Positions 1 through 13,730 of a stretch of DNA of 64,000 nt are shown piece after piece. How positions within the stretch are numbered: position 1 is the stretch's first letter; each line of letters begins with the position of its first letter. The notes beneath the pieces are model-generated. The model searched no databases. It was not told where the DNA came from and worked only from the letters and a program-made list of their open reading frames with translations. A program made the translations under genes and the position numbers. Source of the DNA: Octopus bimaculoides (Eukaryota); contig NC_068981.1 in NCBI RefSeq assembly GCF_001194135.2, forward strand, positions 137,157,167-137,221,166, given 5' to 3'.

Positions 1-1244
1 ATATATATATATATATATATATACAGACACAAGATGAACCATCAAGCCGAGCAAAATCGCAGTCAAGGCAGATACCTATGTCATGTAAATGCACCCTAGT
101 GTCGCGCAAATGGCATGTAAAAGCGCCCATTACACTCTCAGTGTTGTTGGCATTAGGAAGGGCACCCAGCCATAGAAAACCATGCCAAATCAGACTGGAG
201 TCTGGTGCAATGTGCCAGCCCAGTCAAACCATCCAACCCATGCCAACACGGACGTTATATGATGATGATGTTGATGGCTTAATGGTTAAGATATTCAGCT
301 CATGATCATGAGGTTGTGAATTCAGTTCCTGGTGGATTATTATATCTTTGAGCATGACACTTTATTTCACATTGCTCCAGTCCGCTCAACTGGCAAAAAT
401 GAGCAATACTTGTATTTTTAAAGGTCAGCCTTGTCACATTGTGTCACACTGAATCTCTACAAGAACTACATTAAGGGTAAGTTTGTCTGTGGAGTGCTCA
501 GCTGCTTGCATGTTAATTTCACAAGTAGGCTGTTCCATTGATCGGATTAACTGCAACTCTCATCCTTGTAACTGATGGAGTGCCAATTTATATATATGTA
601 CACACACCCACACATCTATATGTGTGTGTTGACATGCAATGATTGTAAATGAACATTGCCATCATAGAAGTGATCTTATTAATTTTGCTTGAAAACTGCT
701 GAAGTTTGACAACAGAAATGACATCCAGCAGTAGAAAATCTTCCTCATCCAATTCTGTCTGGCCCATGGAAGCATGGAAACGTAGGCATTAAACGATGAT
801 TATGATATGTAATTAGAACCTGGCTTGGTCATAGATTTGTAAGACTTGAGTTTCTTATTGAAGAATTTGCTCCAGATTTTCAGAATTCTATTTTGCAACA
901 AATTAAATCTAAGCCACAATTATTGTGTTATAAACGAACATGGTGGCAGGTGTTGTGTTGACACCTCATAAAATAGTAGTTTGCAGTTCTTCACTGTTTA
1001 GTCAGGATGATGTTTAATTATGTGGTTGATGCTTACAGAATTTTAGTTATAACAAAAATATTCTTTTACTTGTTTCAGTCATTTGACTGCGGCCATGCTG
1101 AAGCACCGCCTTTAGTTGAGAAATTGACCCCAGGACCTATTCTTTGTAAACCTACTTATTCTATCGGTCACTTTTGCTGAATCACTAAGCTACAGGGATG
1201 TAAACACACCAGCATCGGTTGTCAAGTGATGTTGGTGGGGACAA

Positions 1245-1275
<31 letters not shown>

Positions 1276-2459
1276 AATATATACGATGGGCTTCTTTCAG
1301 TTGCCATCTACCAAATCCGCTCACAAGGCTTTGGTCGCCCCAAGGCTATAGTAGAAGACACTTGCCCAAGATGCCATGCAGTGGGACTGAACCCGGAACC
1401 ATGTGGTTGGTAAGCAAGCTACTTACCACATAGCCACATCTACTCCTCTTCTATACTCTCCTTTAGTGGAGGTAACAATTTATTTGATCAAATGATTAAT
1501 ATGTACATACATTTCCATTTTTTATATAATTGCAAGAACTCAATATTAAATTGAATTTTAATGAAAGAAAACATTTAAAAAAATGTTCCTTGTATGTGTG
1601 GTGAAAAAATTTGCTTCACAAACACACCTTGCTCAGTCTCTCTCTCTGATATCTCAAGCAAGTGTCTTCTACTATAGCCTCAGGCAGATCACTGCCTTGT
1701 GAGTAAATTTGGTTGAGTGGAACACTGCAGAAGCCTATTGTATATATGATCTTCCTTTCAGTCATAGTGGCTCTTTAGTTTTATGGTGCAATAATAAAAT
1801 GTACCAAGTTCACTGCAAAGTTGGTAACTCAGAGTTGAGGGCATGACAATCTCTAGTACTTGTGCCCACTTCTCATGGTACATCCAGCATCACATTGAAA
1901 CTTCTCCCAGCATCTTGCCTAAGATCACTCTCTTCAGTTGTGGGTCTTGTGAATTAAATGGCAACCTCACTAGTGCTGGTGCCATGAAAAAGTACCCAAT
2001 GCAATCTGAACTGAGCAGAACAATGCATGGTTGAGAGGACTTGCTGAGGGCAAGGCAACTTTTTTTTACTACTGATGGCATTAAAAAGAAAAAAAAACAT
2101 ACCCAATGTGCTCTGTAAATTGGTTGGTTTTAGGAAGAGCATTCAGCTGCAGAAACAATGCCAAATCTAAGACAAACCATTCAACTCATCAGCATGGGAA
2201 GTGTTTGTACAATGATATATAGTCTTGTTTCATGTTTGCCTTTATGTTAACTGCTTGAAAACAGTGTCTTCGTTTAAATCATATTTTAGGAGTGCAACAA
2301 ATAGAGGTTAGTCAGCTAAGTACCTAGGATTGAGAACATTGGTTAAAGCCCATCAAGTTAGTACCCCAGCATGGCCACAATTAAATGACTGAATGAAATA
2401 AAAGAACAGGTGTGGTCTGTGTCTGATGCGTTTTTTTTAAACCAAACATTTGCAACTGT

Positions 2460-3125
2460 CAACACTATCAAAATATTGTGGCCTTATTTGAGCTTTGCAG
2501 AGAACTAGGTATTGACTGGGACTGAAGTATTGTCTGCTCTGGTTTTTAAACCAATAGATTTGAGATATGAGAGGCTACATGATACACAAAGGTATGTTTA
2601 GCAAAAAGCCTCACCGTGGGTATGGGTAAATACACACAGACATTGTAGGAATACTAGTGAACCATTTAGAAGATATGATTCTGTGTATTGTCTAAAGGGA
2701 TACTCTTATGAGGCAGCTTTTGGTTATTTGCTTAACTGTTTAAGAGGTGCTAGGGGTACTGGTAAGGGTAGTCGGCATAAAACTATTCAAGCTCTGATCA
2801 GTTGGCTGACTTTAAGTATTAGAGAGTTCAGGATTTGGTAGCTTCGTGGTGTGTTGCCATATATAGTGTTCGTGTAATTTGATGGGTACAGATAAGACTG
2901 AAGAATTACTGTCTGAAGGTAAGGAAAATATCAAGGATATTTGATGTATCATTTAGTCATATTCAAGAAGGTGATGGACACTAACTGATGTGGATAGTCC
3001 AGAAGGCAAAGGATTCTGTTTCTGTGCCAGCTGTATCAATATAAGAGGAATGCAGGTACCAAGAAGAGTTAAAAGCATTGAAGTTAATGACGGTTTGATC
3101 ATATACTGAGGTTTTTATTGCATAT
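2460..3125 (-). mobile_element. Degenerate Penelope-like RT/thumb fossil
   Basis: Minus strand gives ordered remnants YIDT, ILDIFLTF, KVSQLIRA*IVLC, *EYP, K*GHNIL, resembling PLE YIDD / FLDI / SQLxRAxRIC / RGYP / KHWxIL. Heavily frameshifted. Confidence 0.4.
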
Positions 3126-4053
3126 ACATATAGTACATAAGGTTAAAAAAAAAAAAAGAGGGAAAAACACCTATAGCTTGTTAGGAATTATTCCAGGACA
3201 GGTTTTCAGAACTGTGGTTTAGTCAATGGTTGGTTATTCAAGACGATACAGCCTAACAGGTAACTCAATCCTTTGACCACAAACAAAAATAGAATAAAAG
3301 AAATGAAACCAAGACAGGATTGCGGTGTGTGTGTGGGGGGGGGGGGCAGGAATGAAGATTTTGGGACGAGGTATTTCAGTAGATAGAATGCAAAAGAAGC
3401 TGAAGATAGGCAATATGACAATTAAAATGAATTGCCAATATGTCTTAAGTTTTAAAACAAGTGGTACAACTGCTGACAGTAACTTTCAAATTAAGCAAAC
3501 GTATCTAAGGGACATAACTCTGAATATACATGCATATAAAAATCGTTATTTTGAAAGAATTTCTTATATAAATTATTAAAACACATATTTCAAGATGCTG
3601 GTGATCATTATGAAGTTTGAAGAGAGGGAAAAAATAATGAAATAAGGAGGTATCTGAAATGTAGTTTTAATGCTATTGTGCCAAAAGACTCTGTTTTCAC
3701 GGTCATGTAAGTGTCAATTTATTCTAATTTTCTTTCGCTCCGGTTACGTCTATTTTCGTCTTTGTCAACTTTTTCTCTTCCAAGATCGATAAAGTATTCG
3801 TCTTCAAAGGACTGGAGTCAATATAATTAGCTAAATCCTTCGAAGGTGGTACACCAGCATGGCCGCAGTCCAATAGCAGAATCGACATACATACAATATG
3901 TATATGTGCTTGTGTGCTTATGCACACACACACACACATACATATAGTGTAAGATTAACAGCCGAAGAGAAGGTACACTACTCTTAATATTACATGAATA
4001 ATTTCCCTTGTACTATTTTGTGTATGTTTGGAATTCCCTCATATAAATATATA

Positions 4054-4950
4054 TGAAGGGGTACCCAAAGGTAACCGGAAACGTTCTCTGTGGGACATGC
4101 CCGTTGTAATTCAGGCTTCCGCCGCTAGAAGCCACTTGAACGACCTTCAGGCATCAGTCTGCCGACCGGCATCGTCTATCGTAATCGTATTGTCACGTGG
4201 TGCGTCTTTGTAGTGCTTTTCTCTTGTTCGTCGATTTTTGCGATGACTGAAACGAAGGAACCGCGTGCTTCTGTGAAATTCTGTTTTCTGCTGGGGAGAA
4301 CGGCGGCCGAAACATCTGTCATGCTTCAAACAGCTTAGAAGGACACTACCATGAGCAAAACAAGTTTACGAGTGGTTTCCACGCTTTAGGAATGGTCACG
4401 TATTGCTTGAAGACCAACGTCGTTCAGGGCGACCGTCGACCTCCCAAACGAATGAAAACATCACGAAAATTCATGAACTGATCTTGGAAGACTGTCGCCG
4501 AACAGTTGACAAACTTGTTGATATGACTGCTGTGTCATAGAGCTTCTGCCAACGACTTTTGAGCAAGGAGTTGCAAATGAAAAGTGTTGCAGCAAAATGT
4601 GTGCCTCACTTGCTCACGGAAGATCAAAAGTAGTCACGACTGAATGCGTGTCGTGAATTGAAAGACCAGTTGGAAATTGATCCGGATCTTTTTCCGAAGG
4701 TCATCACTGTTGACAAAATCTGGTGCCACGAAATTTGAAGATGTGGAAGAGGTGAAAATAAAAAAACGACATAGGCGTTAAAAGGCATCATTTCGCAAGA
4801 GTTTCGGCACTGCTTGGAATAGTGGAAAACACACCTGGACCGATGCATTGCTTCAAATGGAGAATACTTCAAAGGCGATAACAGTATAAACGTGTAATAA
4901 GTGAATAAAATAATATTGTAAAATTCGGGTTCCTCTTGGGTACCCCCACG
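4054..4950 (+). mobile_element. Internally deleted mariner DNA transposon
   Basis: TA flanks at 4052-4053 and 4951-4952. ~27-bp imperfect TIRs (tgaaggggtacccaaaggtaaccggaa / revcomp cgtgggggtacccaagaggaacccgaa). Broken transposase from ATG 4243: ...VKFCFLLGRTAAET...RSGRPST...AAKCVPHLLTEDQK...VITVDKIWC, joined directly to the C-terminal ...WKTHLDRCIASNGEYFKGD. Most of the DDD catalytic domain is deleted. Confidence 0.9.
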
Positions 4951-6807
4951 TATGTGTGTGTGAAGGCTAATTGGCCAAAACTTCGAAGTCACTGTCACTC
5001 CTTTTCTTGTAAAAGTTTAATAAAATTTACTAAGAAGTGTAACGACCGTGCAACCAAGAGAGGTGACGAAGAATGGCTCCTTTAGTACATCGCACGGTCG
5101 ATACAAATAAAAAATATGAAAAGAGGATAAATGAGTATGAGTGCCAAAAGGAAAAGAGAGGCTCAACCATTGGAAGGTTTTATTGATATGTCAACATGTA
5201 TGTCTGTGTGTGGGAGTGCGACATATAAACACAATAATAGACAGGCCGTCATGTAAACAAAGTGTATGTGTATACAAACATGTGTGTATGCGTGTGCAAG
5301 AAATACAGAGCATAAAGAGAGTCTATCAGGACGTTAGAAGAAAGTTCAAACACGAGGATGGGAAATACCAGTTCGTATTCAAGGTACACAGTTGTTGAGG
5401 TGCTGTAACAAGAAGTTGTGGTGGCAATGCAGAGCCGGGGAGAGGCACATGTCATGAGAAGTTGAGGCTTCAATGCTGCTGCCGGTTACTTGGTACAGTA
5501 GGTCTCATAGGTTGTATTCGCTGTTAACCACAGTGTGGTGATAGAACCTGTGTGGGTGCTGTTGGTGGTGTGTACGTAGATAAGTTGGTGTAGATGCTAA
5601 GAAGCTGAAGGTCCGTAAGCTGGTGAACGAAGTGTTGGTTGGGTTGCATTTTGGCGCAAAATAGAGCAAGTGACAAATTGCTTGCCAATACCAACCAATC
5701 AGAGTGGTGGATACAACAGGGTCCAAAAGTGCGGCCGAAGGTTAGCTGTTATCCACTACGTCCCTTAAAGTAGTTCTCGGGGATATTCAGCATGACACAG
5801 AGTGTGACAAGGCTGGCCCTTTGAATTACAGGCACAAGAGAAACAGGAAGTAAGAGTGAGAGAAAATTGTGGTGAAAGAGTACAGCAGGGTTCGCCACCA
5901 TCCCCTGCTGGAGCCTTGTGGAGCTTTAGGTGTTTTCGCTCAATAAACACTCACAATGCCTGGTCTGTGAATCGAAACCGTGATCCTATGACCGCAAGTC
6001 CACTGCCCTAACCACTGGGCCATTGTGCCTCCACACAAATGGTAAAAATGAGTAATCCTGTGATGAACCGGCATCGCATCCAGAGAGGAGTATAGACTTC
6101 AGAGAAACCAGAAATCAGCCCTGTGCTCCCTACAGAGAAATGTGGACTAACCATTGCCATCATGTTCTTGCCTCTTCCACTCTCTCACTTATTCTAGTCC
6201 TTTTCATACTTTGCTCTTTGACTCCTTTTTGTTCATCTCTTAGGTCACCAGAGAAATGTACATGACCCAGGCTATAGGATACTCTCTACACTTACATTCC
6301 TGTCCACCCCTACCCCAGAACTACTTATTTCTGGTTGTGTGATTAAGAAGCTCGTTTAGCAGCCATGAGGTCTTGAGTTCAGTCCCATTGTACAGCACTT
6401 TGGGCAAGTGACTTCTGCTACAGCACTGGGCTGACCAATGCTTTGTGAGTGAATTCGTTGGACAGAAATTGTGTGAAGGCCTATCATTAAACGACCACAC
6501 CGAGGGATATCAAGTTAAAACTCTGAAGAGGCTGTACCATTTTATAATAGGGTTGCAACTGCAACAATTACTAATCGGTGCGATTGAAACATGTGTTGGT
6601 CTTGAAAGGTGGTATATAATTATAGAATTAAAGGTAATTCCATTGCTACTTCAGAGTAATCCTTATTTTTAATATTGTCAATGTATATATATATGTATGC
6701 ATGCATGTGTGTATGTATGTATGCACATGTGTGTGTGTGTATATTTAAGTGTTGGGATTGTTCCCAGTAGTAAGCCATGAATGAATTTGGTAGAAATTGC
6801 ATGAAAG

Positions 6808-6867
<60 letters not shown>

Positions 6868-7165
6868 ACATTCGAGCGAGATCGTTGCCAGTGCCACTGG
6901 ACTGGCTCCTGAGCAGGTGGCACATAAAATACACCATTTCAAGCGTGGCTGTTGCCAGTACCACCTGACTGGGCTTTGTGCCGGTGGCACGTAAAAGCAC
7001 CCACTACACTCTCGGAGTGGTTGGCGTTAGGAAGGGCATCCAGCTGTAGAAACTCTGCCAAATCAGATTGGAGCCTGGTGTAACCACCTGGTCCACCAGT
7101 TCTCAGTCAAATCGTCCAACCCATGCAAGAATGGAAAGCGGACGTTAAACAACGATGATGATGAT
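6868..7165 (+). mobile_element. RTE 3'-UTR fragment (representative; also ~25-270, 22880-23165, 29228-29511, 36500-36845 on +; 20155-20390, 43295-43460 on -)
   Basis: CGAGCGAGATCGTTGCCAGTG...GGTTGGCGTTAGGAAGGGCATCCAGCTGTAGAAAC...GGAAAGCGGACGTTAAAC(GAT)n, near-identical among copies. Confidence 0.8.
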
Positions 7166-7477
7166 ATATACATACACACACATACATACATGCGTACATA
7201 TGTATGTAGGTATGTATGTACATATGTATGTATGTATATGTGTGTATGTGTATCTTTGTATTTGTGTTTGTCCACCACCACAACTGGTGTTCATTTGAAC
7301 TGGTGTTCATTTGTTTACATTCATGTAGCTTAGCAGTTCATCAAAAGAGAAAGATAGAATTAGTAAAAGACTTTAAAGAAAACAAGTACTAGGATCAATT
7401 TTTCAACTGAACACTTCAAAGTTGTGCCCCAGCATGGCCACAGTCCAATTACTGAAATGAGTAAAAGATGAAAGATA

Positions 7478-9570
7478 TCTATATATATAAAGATGAGAAT
7501 GCGTGTGTGTGTGTTTGTCTGTGTTTGTGAATCCCTAAAACTTGAGAACTACACAACCAATTTTATTCAAATTTTACACATGCCTTACTTTGACCTATGT
7601 AGTGTCATAGGTCAAAACAATGTTTAACTTCTTGCCTAGTGCGAGCCCAGAGCAATATCATATCTTCTCCACTATTTCAGTATTACGTGTGAAAAGTGAA
7701 ACAATAACATGTCTTTATTGTAATGTCAGATATTTTCATTTTAATAGTTTCACTTTAATACTGAAACTATTAAAGTGAAACTATTATCTCACATATATAC
7801 AGGCATACATACATATATACATACTTACACATATATAATATATATATATTATGTATATACATATATATATATATANNNNNNNNNNNNNNNNNNNNNNNNN
7901 NNNNNNNNNNNNNNNNNNNNNNNNNNNNNNNNNNNNNNNNNNNNNNNNNNNNNNNNNNNNNNNNNNNNNNNNNNNNNNNNNNNNNNNNNNNNNNNNNNNN
8001 NNNNNNNNNNNNNNNNNNNNNNNNNNNNNNNNNNNNNNNNNNNNNNNNNNNNNNNNNNNNNNNNNNNNNNNNNNNNNNNNNNNNNNNNNNNNNNNNNNNN
8101 NNNNNNNNNNNNNNNNNNNNNNNNNNNNNNNNNNNNNNNNNNNNNNNNNNNNNNNNNNNNNNNNNNNNNNNNNNNNNNNNNNNNNNNNNNNNNNNNNNNN
8201 NNNNNNNNNNNNNNNNNNNNNNNNNNNNNNNNNNNNNNNNNNNNNNNNNNNNNNNNNNNNNNNNNNNNNNNNNNNNNNNNNNNNNNNNNNNNNNNNNNNN
8301 NNNNNNNNNNNNNNNNNNNNNNNNNNNNNNNNNNNNNNNNNNNNNNNNNNNNNNNNNNNNNNNNNNNNNNNNNNNNNNNNNNNNNNNNNNNNNNNNNNNN
8401 NNNNNNNNNNNNNNNNNNNNNNNNNNNNNNNNNNNNNNNNNNNNNNAGCAAAGACGAATACAGTTGTACCCTTGGAAGCTGTAGGGTCACCCGAGCATAA
8501 AAAATTAGCATTATTTGTAATTCAATGGTACAACAGTGTAAGAGTTTGCTTTGAGATATACTTACATTGTGATTTCTGCAATGTGGTGCACAAATTGTCA
8601 AGTAAATAAGAGGCATCTTTGCCTCCACTGATTCAGTTGCAAAGTGTTGAGTAAAGTTATTTGGTTGCAAACCTCCATTGAGTCTTTTTATTATCACTGG
8701 GTCACACATAGTCCCCGGATGGTAACATTGATTTCAAGGCCTTCCCAGATGAGTGACTGGTTATTGAAAGACGTTTATAAATTGTAAATTTATTCTGTCC
8801 AGTTACCTATCAGTATAGTTGTCATTTGCAAACTCCAGAGGTGACACTTTCATTTCCCCTTACCCTTCACATCACACAGTTGTGAATGTTTGAGCTGGGT
8901 CACGCCCTTCCAATTGCTATAGATCCGTTATGCATCTTACGGCTGTGCCTGCCACCTGTATGGTGAGGAATCCTACATTGGGAAGTAGTAATGACTAGGG
9001 TAGGGTAGCTGACTGCTTATAGTGATCATTTGTCTTTTGGTTTCCTGTAGCTTTGCTCTCTTTTACAAACCCAGTGAACATACATACATTTCCTATTTCA
9101 AAGAAATTCGAACAACACATATAAGACCCAAGTTAAAAAGATTCTCAACAATTCAACTTCTCTGGTTGATATTAAGACACNNNNNNNNNNTTCGAACAAC
9201 ACATATAAGACCCAAGTTAAAAAGATTCTCAACAATTCAACTTCTCTGGTTGATATTAAGACACCCACCCCCAATAGGGGCATTAACTCCCACATTTTAG
9301 AGCTCCATGACATCCATTTTTCAGGAGCAAAATCCTTTTAACAGGTTCCATAAGACTGGAATTTTGAAATCTGTACTTAAAGATCAGTAGTGTGGGATAC
9401 ATGTGTCACAATTAGAATTTTTTTAGGGTTTGTAAAGAGGGAAAGAACCCTCATCTGCAATTTTGATGAAATTCGAATCATAGGTATTCCAGCTCATTAG
9501 AGAAAATAAAACAGAAAAGTCTAATTCTTCAATTGCATGTAACACGAGCAATGCCGGGTATCTCTGCTAG
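7478..9570 (+). mobile_element. Non-autonomous Helitron-like element, copy 1 (contains N-gaps)
   Basis: A|TCTATATATATAAAGATGAG... start and ...TATCTCTGCTAG|T end: 5' TC, 3' CTAG, A^T insertion, no TSD. Co-linear and highly similar to 22389-25028. Confidence 0.75.
7876..8446. other. Assembly gap (others: 9181-9190, 10249-11017, 11778-11955, 13546-13555, 18076-18509, 22856-22865, 29512-29629, 32138-32147, 58312-58514)
   Basis: Runs of N, mostly flanked by microsatellites. Confidence 1.
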
Positions 9571-10189
9571 TATGAAATATAAGTTTTTTTGCTTTTTTTT
9601 TACAAAGGCCCAAGGCCATAAAAGGTGGATTGCAGTTACTAATCGTCTAAACAAACACTAGTATTTGACTAGTACCTTATTTTGAGCCCTGGAGAGATGA
9701 AAGGCAAGATTGTCTTTGATGTTATTTGATCTCAAGATATAATAAGCAGTAACTAAGTAACTCAAGACATTTTGTTTGACACTTTAATGCTTCTGCAAAT
9801 CCAGATAATAATTCTTTAAAATTTTGGCAGAAGGCCAGCAATTTTGCGGGAGGAGATAAGTTTTACTAGTAACTACACCCCAACAGATACTTAGTGTATT
9901 GACTGAACTTGGTTGAGGCAGAACTTGGTGGAGTTTGAACTCAGAGTGTAAAGAGTCAAAAGAAATGCTGCTAAGCATTTTGCCCAGTGTACTAACAATT
10001 CTACCAGCTCACCAATCCAGATATTAATAATGTTCTTGCTGTTATTGTTGAAGCTGTGATCAAGCAGTTCTGCAATCAGATGCCTTCCAGCAGTGACTGT
10101 CTTATTTCAAATATACCAGGGTCTATATTGTCTGTTGTATTTGTTTTATTTAAGATGGTATAAGAGTGATTTGAGAATGTCTAACAGAA

Positions 10190-10248
<59 letters not shown>

Positions 10249-11017
10249 NNNNNNNNNNNNNNNNNNNNNNNNNNNNNNNNNNNNNNNNNNNNNNNNNNNN
10301 NNNNNNNNNNNNNNNNNNNNNNNNNNNNNNNNNNNNNNNNNNNNNNNNNNNNNNNNNNNNNNNNNNNNNNNNNNNNNNNNNNNNNNNNNNNNNNNNNNNN
10401 NNNNNNNNNNNNNNNNNNNNNNNNNNNNNNNNNNNNNNNNNNNNNNNNNNNNNNNNNNNNNNNNNNNNNNNNNNNNNNNNNNNNNNNNNNNNNNNNNNNN
10501 NNNNNNNNNNNNNNNNNNNNNNNNNNNNNNNNNNNNNNNNNNNNNNNNNNNNNNNNNNNNNNNNNNNNNNNNNNNNNNNNNNNNNNNNNNNNNNNNNNNN
10601 NNNNNNNNNNNNNNNNNNNNNNNNNNNNNNNNNNNNNNNNNNNNNNNNNNNNNNNNNNNNNNNNNNNNNNNNNNNNNNNNNNNNNNNNNNNNNNNNNNNN
10701 NNNNNNNNNNNNNNNNNNNNNNNNNNNNNNNNNNNNNNNNNNNNNNNNNNNNNNNNNNNNNNNNNNNNNNNNNNNNNNNNNNNNNNNNNNNNNNNNNNNN
10801 NNNNNNNNNNNNNNNNNNNNNNNNNNNNNNNNNNNNNNNNNNNNNNNNNNNNNNNNNNNNNNNNNNNNNNNNNNNNNNNNNNNNNNNNNNNNNNNNNNNN
10901 NNNNNNNNNNNNNNNNNNNNNNNNNNNNNNNNNNNNNNNNNNNNNNNNNNNNNNNNNNNNNNNNNNNNNNNNNNNNNNNNNNNNNNNNNNNNNNNNNNNN
11001 NNNNNNNNNNNNNNNNN

Positions 11018-11052
<35 letters not shown>

Positions 11053-11682
11053 CACACATAAATATACAATGGGCTTCTTTCAGTTTCTGTCTACCAAATC
11101 CACTCACAAGGCTTTGATCAACCTGACGTTATAGTACAAGACACATGCTCGAGGTGCCATGCAATGGGACTGAACCTGGAACCGTGTGGTTGAGAAGCAA
11201 GCTTCTTACTACACAGCCAGGTCTTTGCCATTCACTGAAATAGCTGGGAAGTGGAGGCAGATTATGAAATCCAGAATGCTTGCATGCCTGTTGTATCAGT
11301 ATGTGAACAATACTCACATGTGTATGGGCCTTACCCAACCTCAATGTATGGTCAGTAACTGATCTAAGCAGTATTATTTCATGCTCTGTATTGGAATTCT
11401 AATCTGTTGGATGCCGTGTTGCCATAAGAAATCAACAAAGATTGTGATGCCTTGAATTTATCTTTTATTACTTGTTTCAGTCATCGGATTGTGGCCAAGC
11501 TGGGGCACTGCCTCGAAGGGTTTAGTTACATAAATCAGACCCAGCACATATTTTAAAGTGTTGTACTTATTCTATCGATCTCTTTTGCCAACAACTAAGT
11601 TATAGGGACATACACAAACCAACACCAGTTGTCAAGCAGTGGAGTGGACAAACATAAACACAAAGACACACACACACACACA

Positions 11683-11715
<33 letters not shown>

Positions 11716-11991
11716 TTACTCACTCACTCACTCACACATATTCACACACATACGCATACACACATACATATATATATNNNNNNNNNNNNNNNNNNNNNNN
11801 NNNNNNNNNNNNNNNNNNNNNNNNNNNNNNNNNNNNNNNNNNNNNNNNNNNNNNNNNNNNNNNNNNNNNNNNNNNNNNNNNNNNNNNNNNNNNNNNNNNN
11901 NNNNNNNNNNNNNNNNNNNNNNNNNNNNNNNNNNNNNNNNNNNNNNNNNNNNNNNTATGTATATGTGTATCTATGTATATGTGTGAGCGTG

Positions 11992-12027
<36 letters not shown>

Positions 12028-12384
12028 TGTATGTATGTATGTATGTATGTATGTATGTATGACTGGTTTCTTATTTCCATCTACCAAATTCCTTCACAAA
12101 GCATTAGTCAGCCTGAGGTTAGAGTAGATTACACTTATTGAAGGTGTTGTGCAGTGGGACTGAACCCAAAATAGCACATGATTACAAAGTGAGCTTCTTA
12201 AACACACAGAAAATTTTATCTTTGAAAGTTTTAATTGTATATTGTTTATAAGGGAAGGTGTGTCCTGTGACACCGATTCTTTGATATGTGTGGTTATTAT
12301 GTTTTGGTACTGTTGAAGGAGGCTTGGTTGTCATTCTCCTGCTGGAGGATGTTCTCAAGGTCTCCGTTCATGAAAGTAAGTTCT

Positions 12385-13555
12385 GATGCCATGAAAAAGG
12401 CACTAGCCATGGTGCTACATATAAAAGCACTGGTGCTGGTGCCATGTAAAAAGCACTGGTGATAATCTTTTCTACTCTAGGCACAAGGCCTGAAATTTTT
12501 GGGCAGTGGGGGCCAGTCGATTAGATCGACCTCAGTATGCAACTGGTCTCAGAATATAAAGACAGACAAAATACCGCTAAGCATTATGCCTGGTGTGCTA
12601 ACATTTCTTATTTCTTTATTGCCCACAAGGGGCTAAACATAGAGGGGACAAACAAGGACAGACAAAGGGATTAAGTCTATTGCATCAACCCCACTGCGTA
12701 ACTGGTACTTTATTTATCGACCCCGAAAGGATGAAAGGCAAGGTCGGCCTCAGCTGAATTGAACTCAGAACATAACGGCAGACGAAATACCTCTAAGCAT
12801 TTCACCTGGGGCGCTGTTTCTGCCAGCTTGTCGCCGGTGTGCTAATGTTTCTACTAGCTTATCACCTTAAAGCACTGGTGATGGTGCTACATAAAAAAAC
12901 ACCGGTGCTGGTGCTACGTAAACAGCATTGGTGCTGGTGTCATATGAAAAGCTAGTGATAGTGCCACATAAAAAGTGCTGGTGATGATGCCATGTACAGA
13001 GCATTGATGATGGTTCCACATGAAAAAGCATTGGTATTGCTGTCACATGAAAAAGCACCTAGTGGTGAAGTCACATAAAATGTACTGGTGATGGTGGTGC
13101 ATAAAAAAATGCTGATGTTGGTGCCATGTAAAAAGCACTGGTGATTGTGCCACAAAAAAGCACTGGTGATTGTGCCACATAAAAAGCCCTGATATTGGTG
13201 CCGTGTAAAAAGCATTGGTGATTGTGCCACAAAAAAGCACTGGTGGTTGTGCCACATAAAAAGCCCTGATATTGGTGCCGTGTAAAAAGCACTGGTGATT
13301 GTGCCACAAAAAAGCACTGTTGATTGTGCCACATAAAAAGCCCTGATATTGGTGCCGTGTAAAAAGCATTGGTGATTGTGCCACAAAAAAGCACTGGTGA
13401 TTGTGCCACATAAAAAGCCCTATGACACCAACACCAATGTTTTTTATGTAGCACCAGCACCAGTGTTTTTTTATGTGGCACAAACACCAGTGCTTTTTTT
13501 TTTTGTGGCATGAGCACCAGTGCTTTTTACATGGCATTATTACCANNNNNNNNNN

Positions 13556-13612
<57 letters not shown>

Positions 13613-13730
13613 AAAAGCACTGGTTCTGGTGCCATGTAAAAAGTATTGGTGTTGCTTCCATGTAAAAAGCACCTAGTGGTGATGTCACATAAAAAGCACT
13701 ATTGATGGTGCCCTGTAAAAAGCACCCAAA
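12385..13730. repeat. ~25-26-bp minisatellite (GTGCCAYRTAAAAAGCACTGGTGATG) with 77-bp higher-order repeat and inverted block
   Basis: Forward monomers at 12385-12463, 12870-13421 and 13606-13730. The 77-bp trimer starts at 13127, 13204, 13281 and 13358. Inverted monomers at 13422-13545. Interrupted by a SINE at 12464-12868, and continues into an RTE 3' tail at ~13730-13850. Confidence 0.85.

Noticed and set aside
9110-9262. ~70-bp tandem duplication inside Helitron copy 1
   Set aside because: It straddles a 10-N gap and is absent in copy 2, which is typical of overlapping contig ends.
7775-11986. Long ORFs of 240-320 aa in the ORF track
   Set aside because: They are made of N-gaps (X) and dinucleotide repeats (YIYI/THTH/CVCV), so they are artefacts.
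12870-13730. Repeat array as a CRISPR
   Set aside because: Units are contiguous tandem monomers with no unique spacers, there are no cas genes, the context is eukaryotic, and the monomer derives from RTE 3' UTRs.
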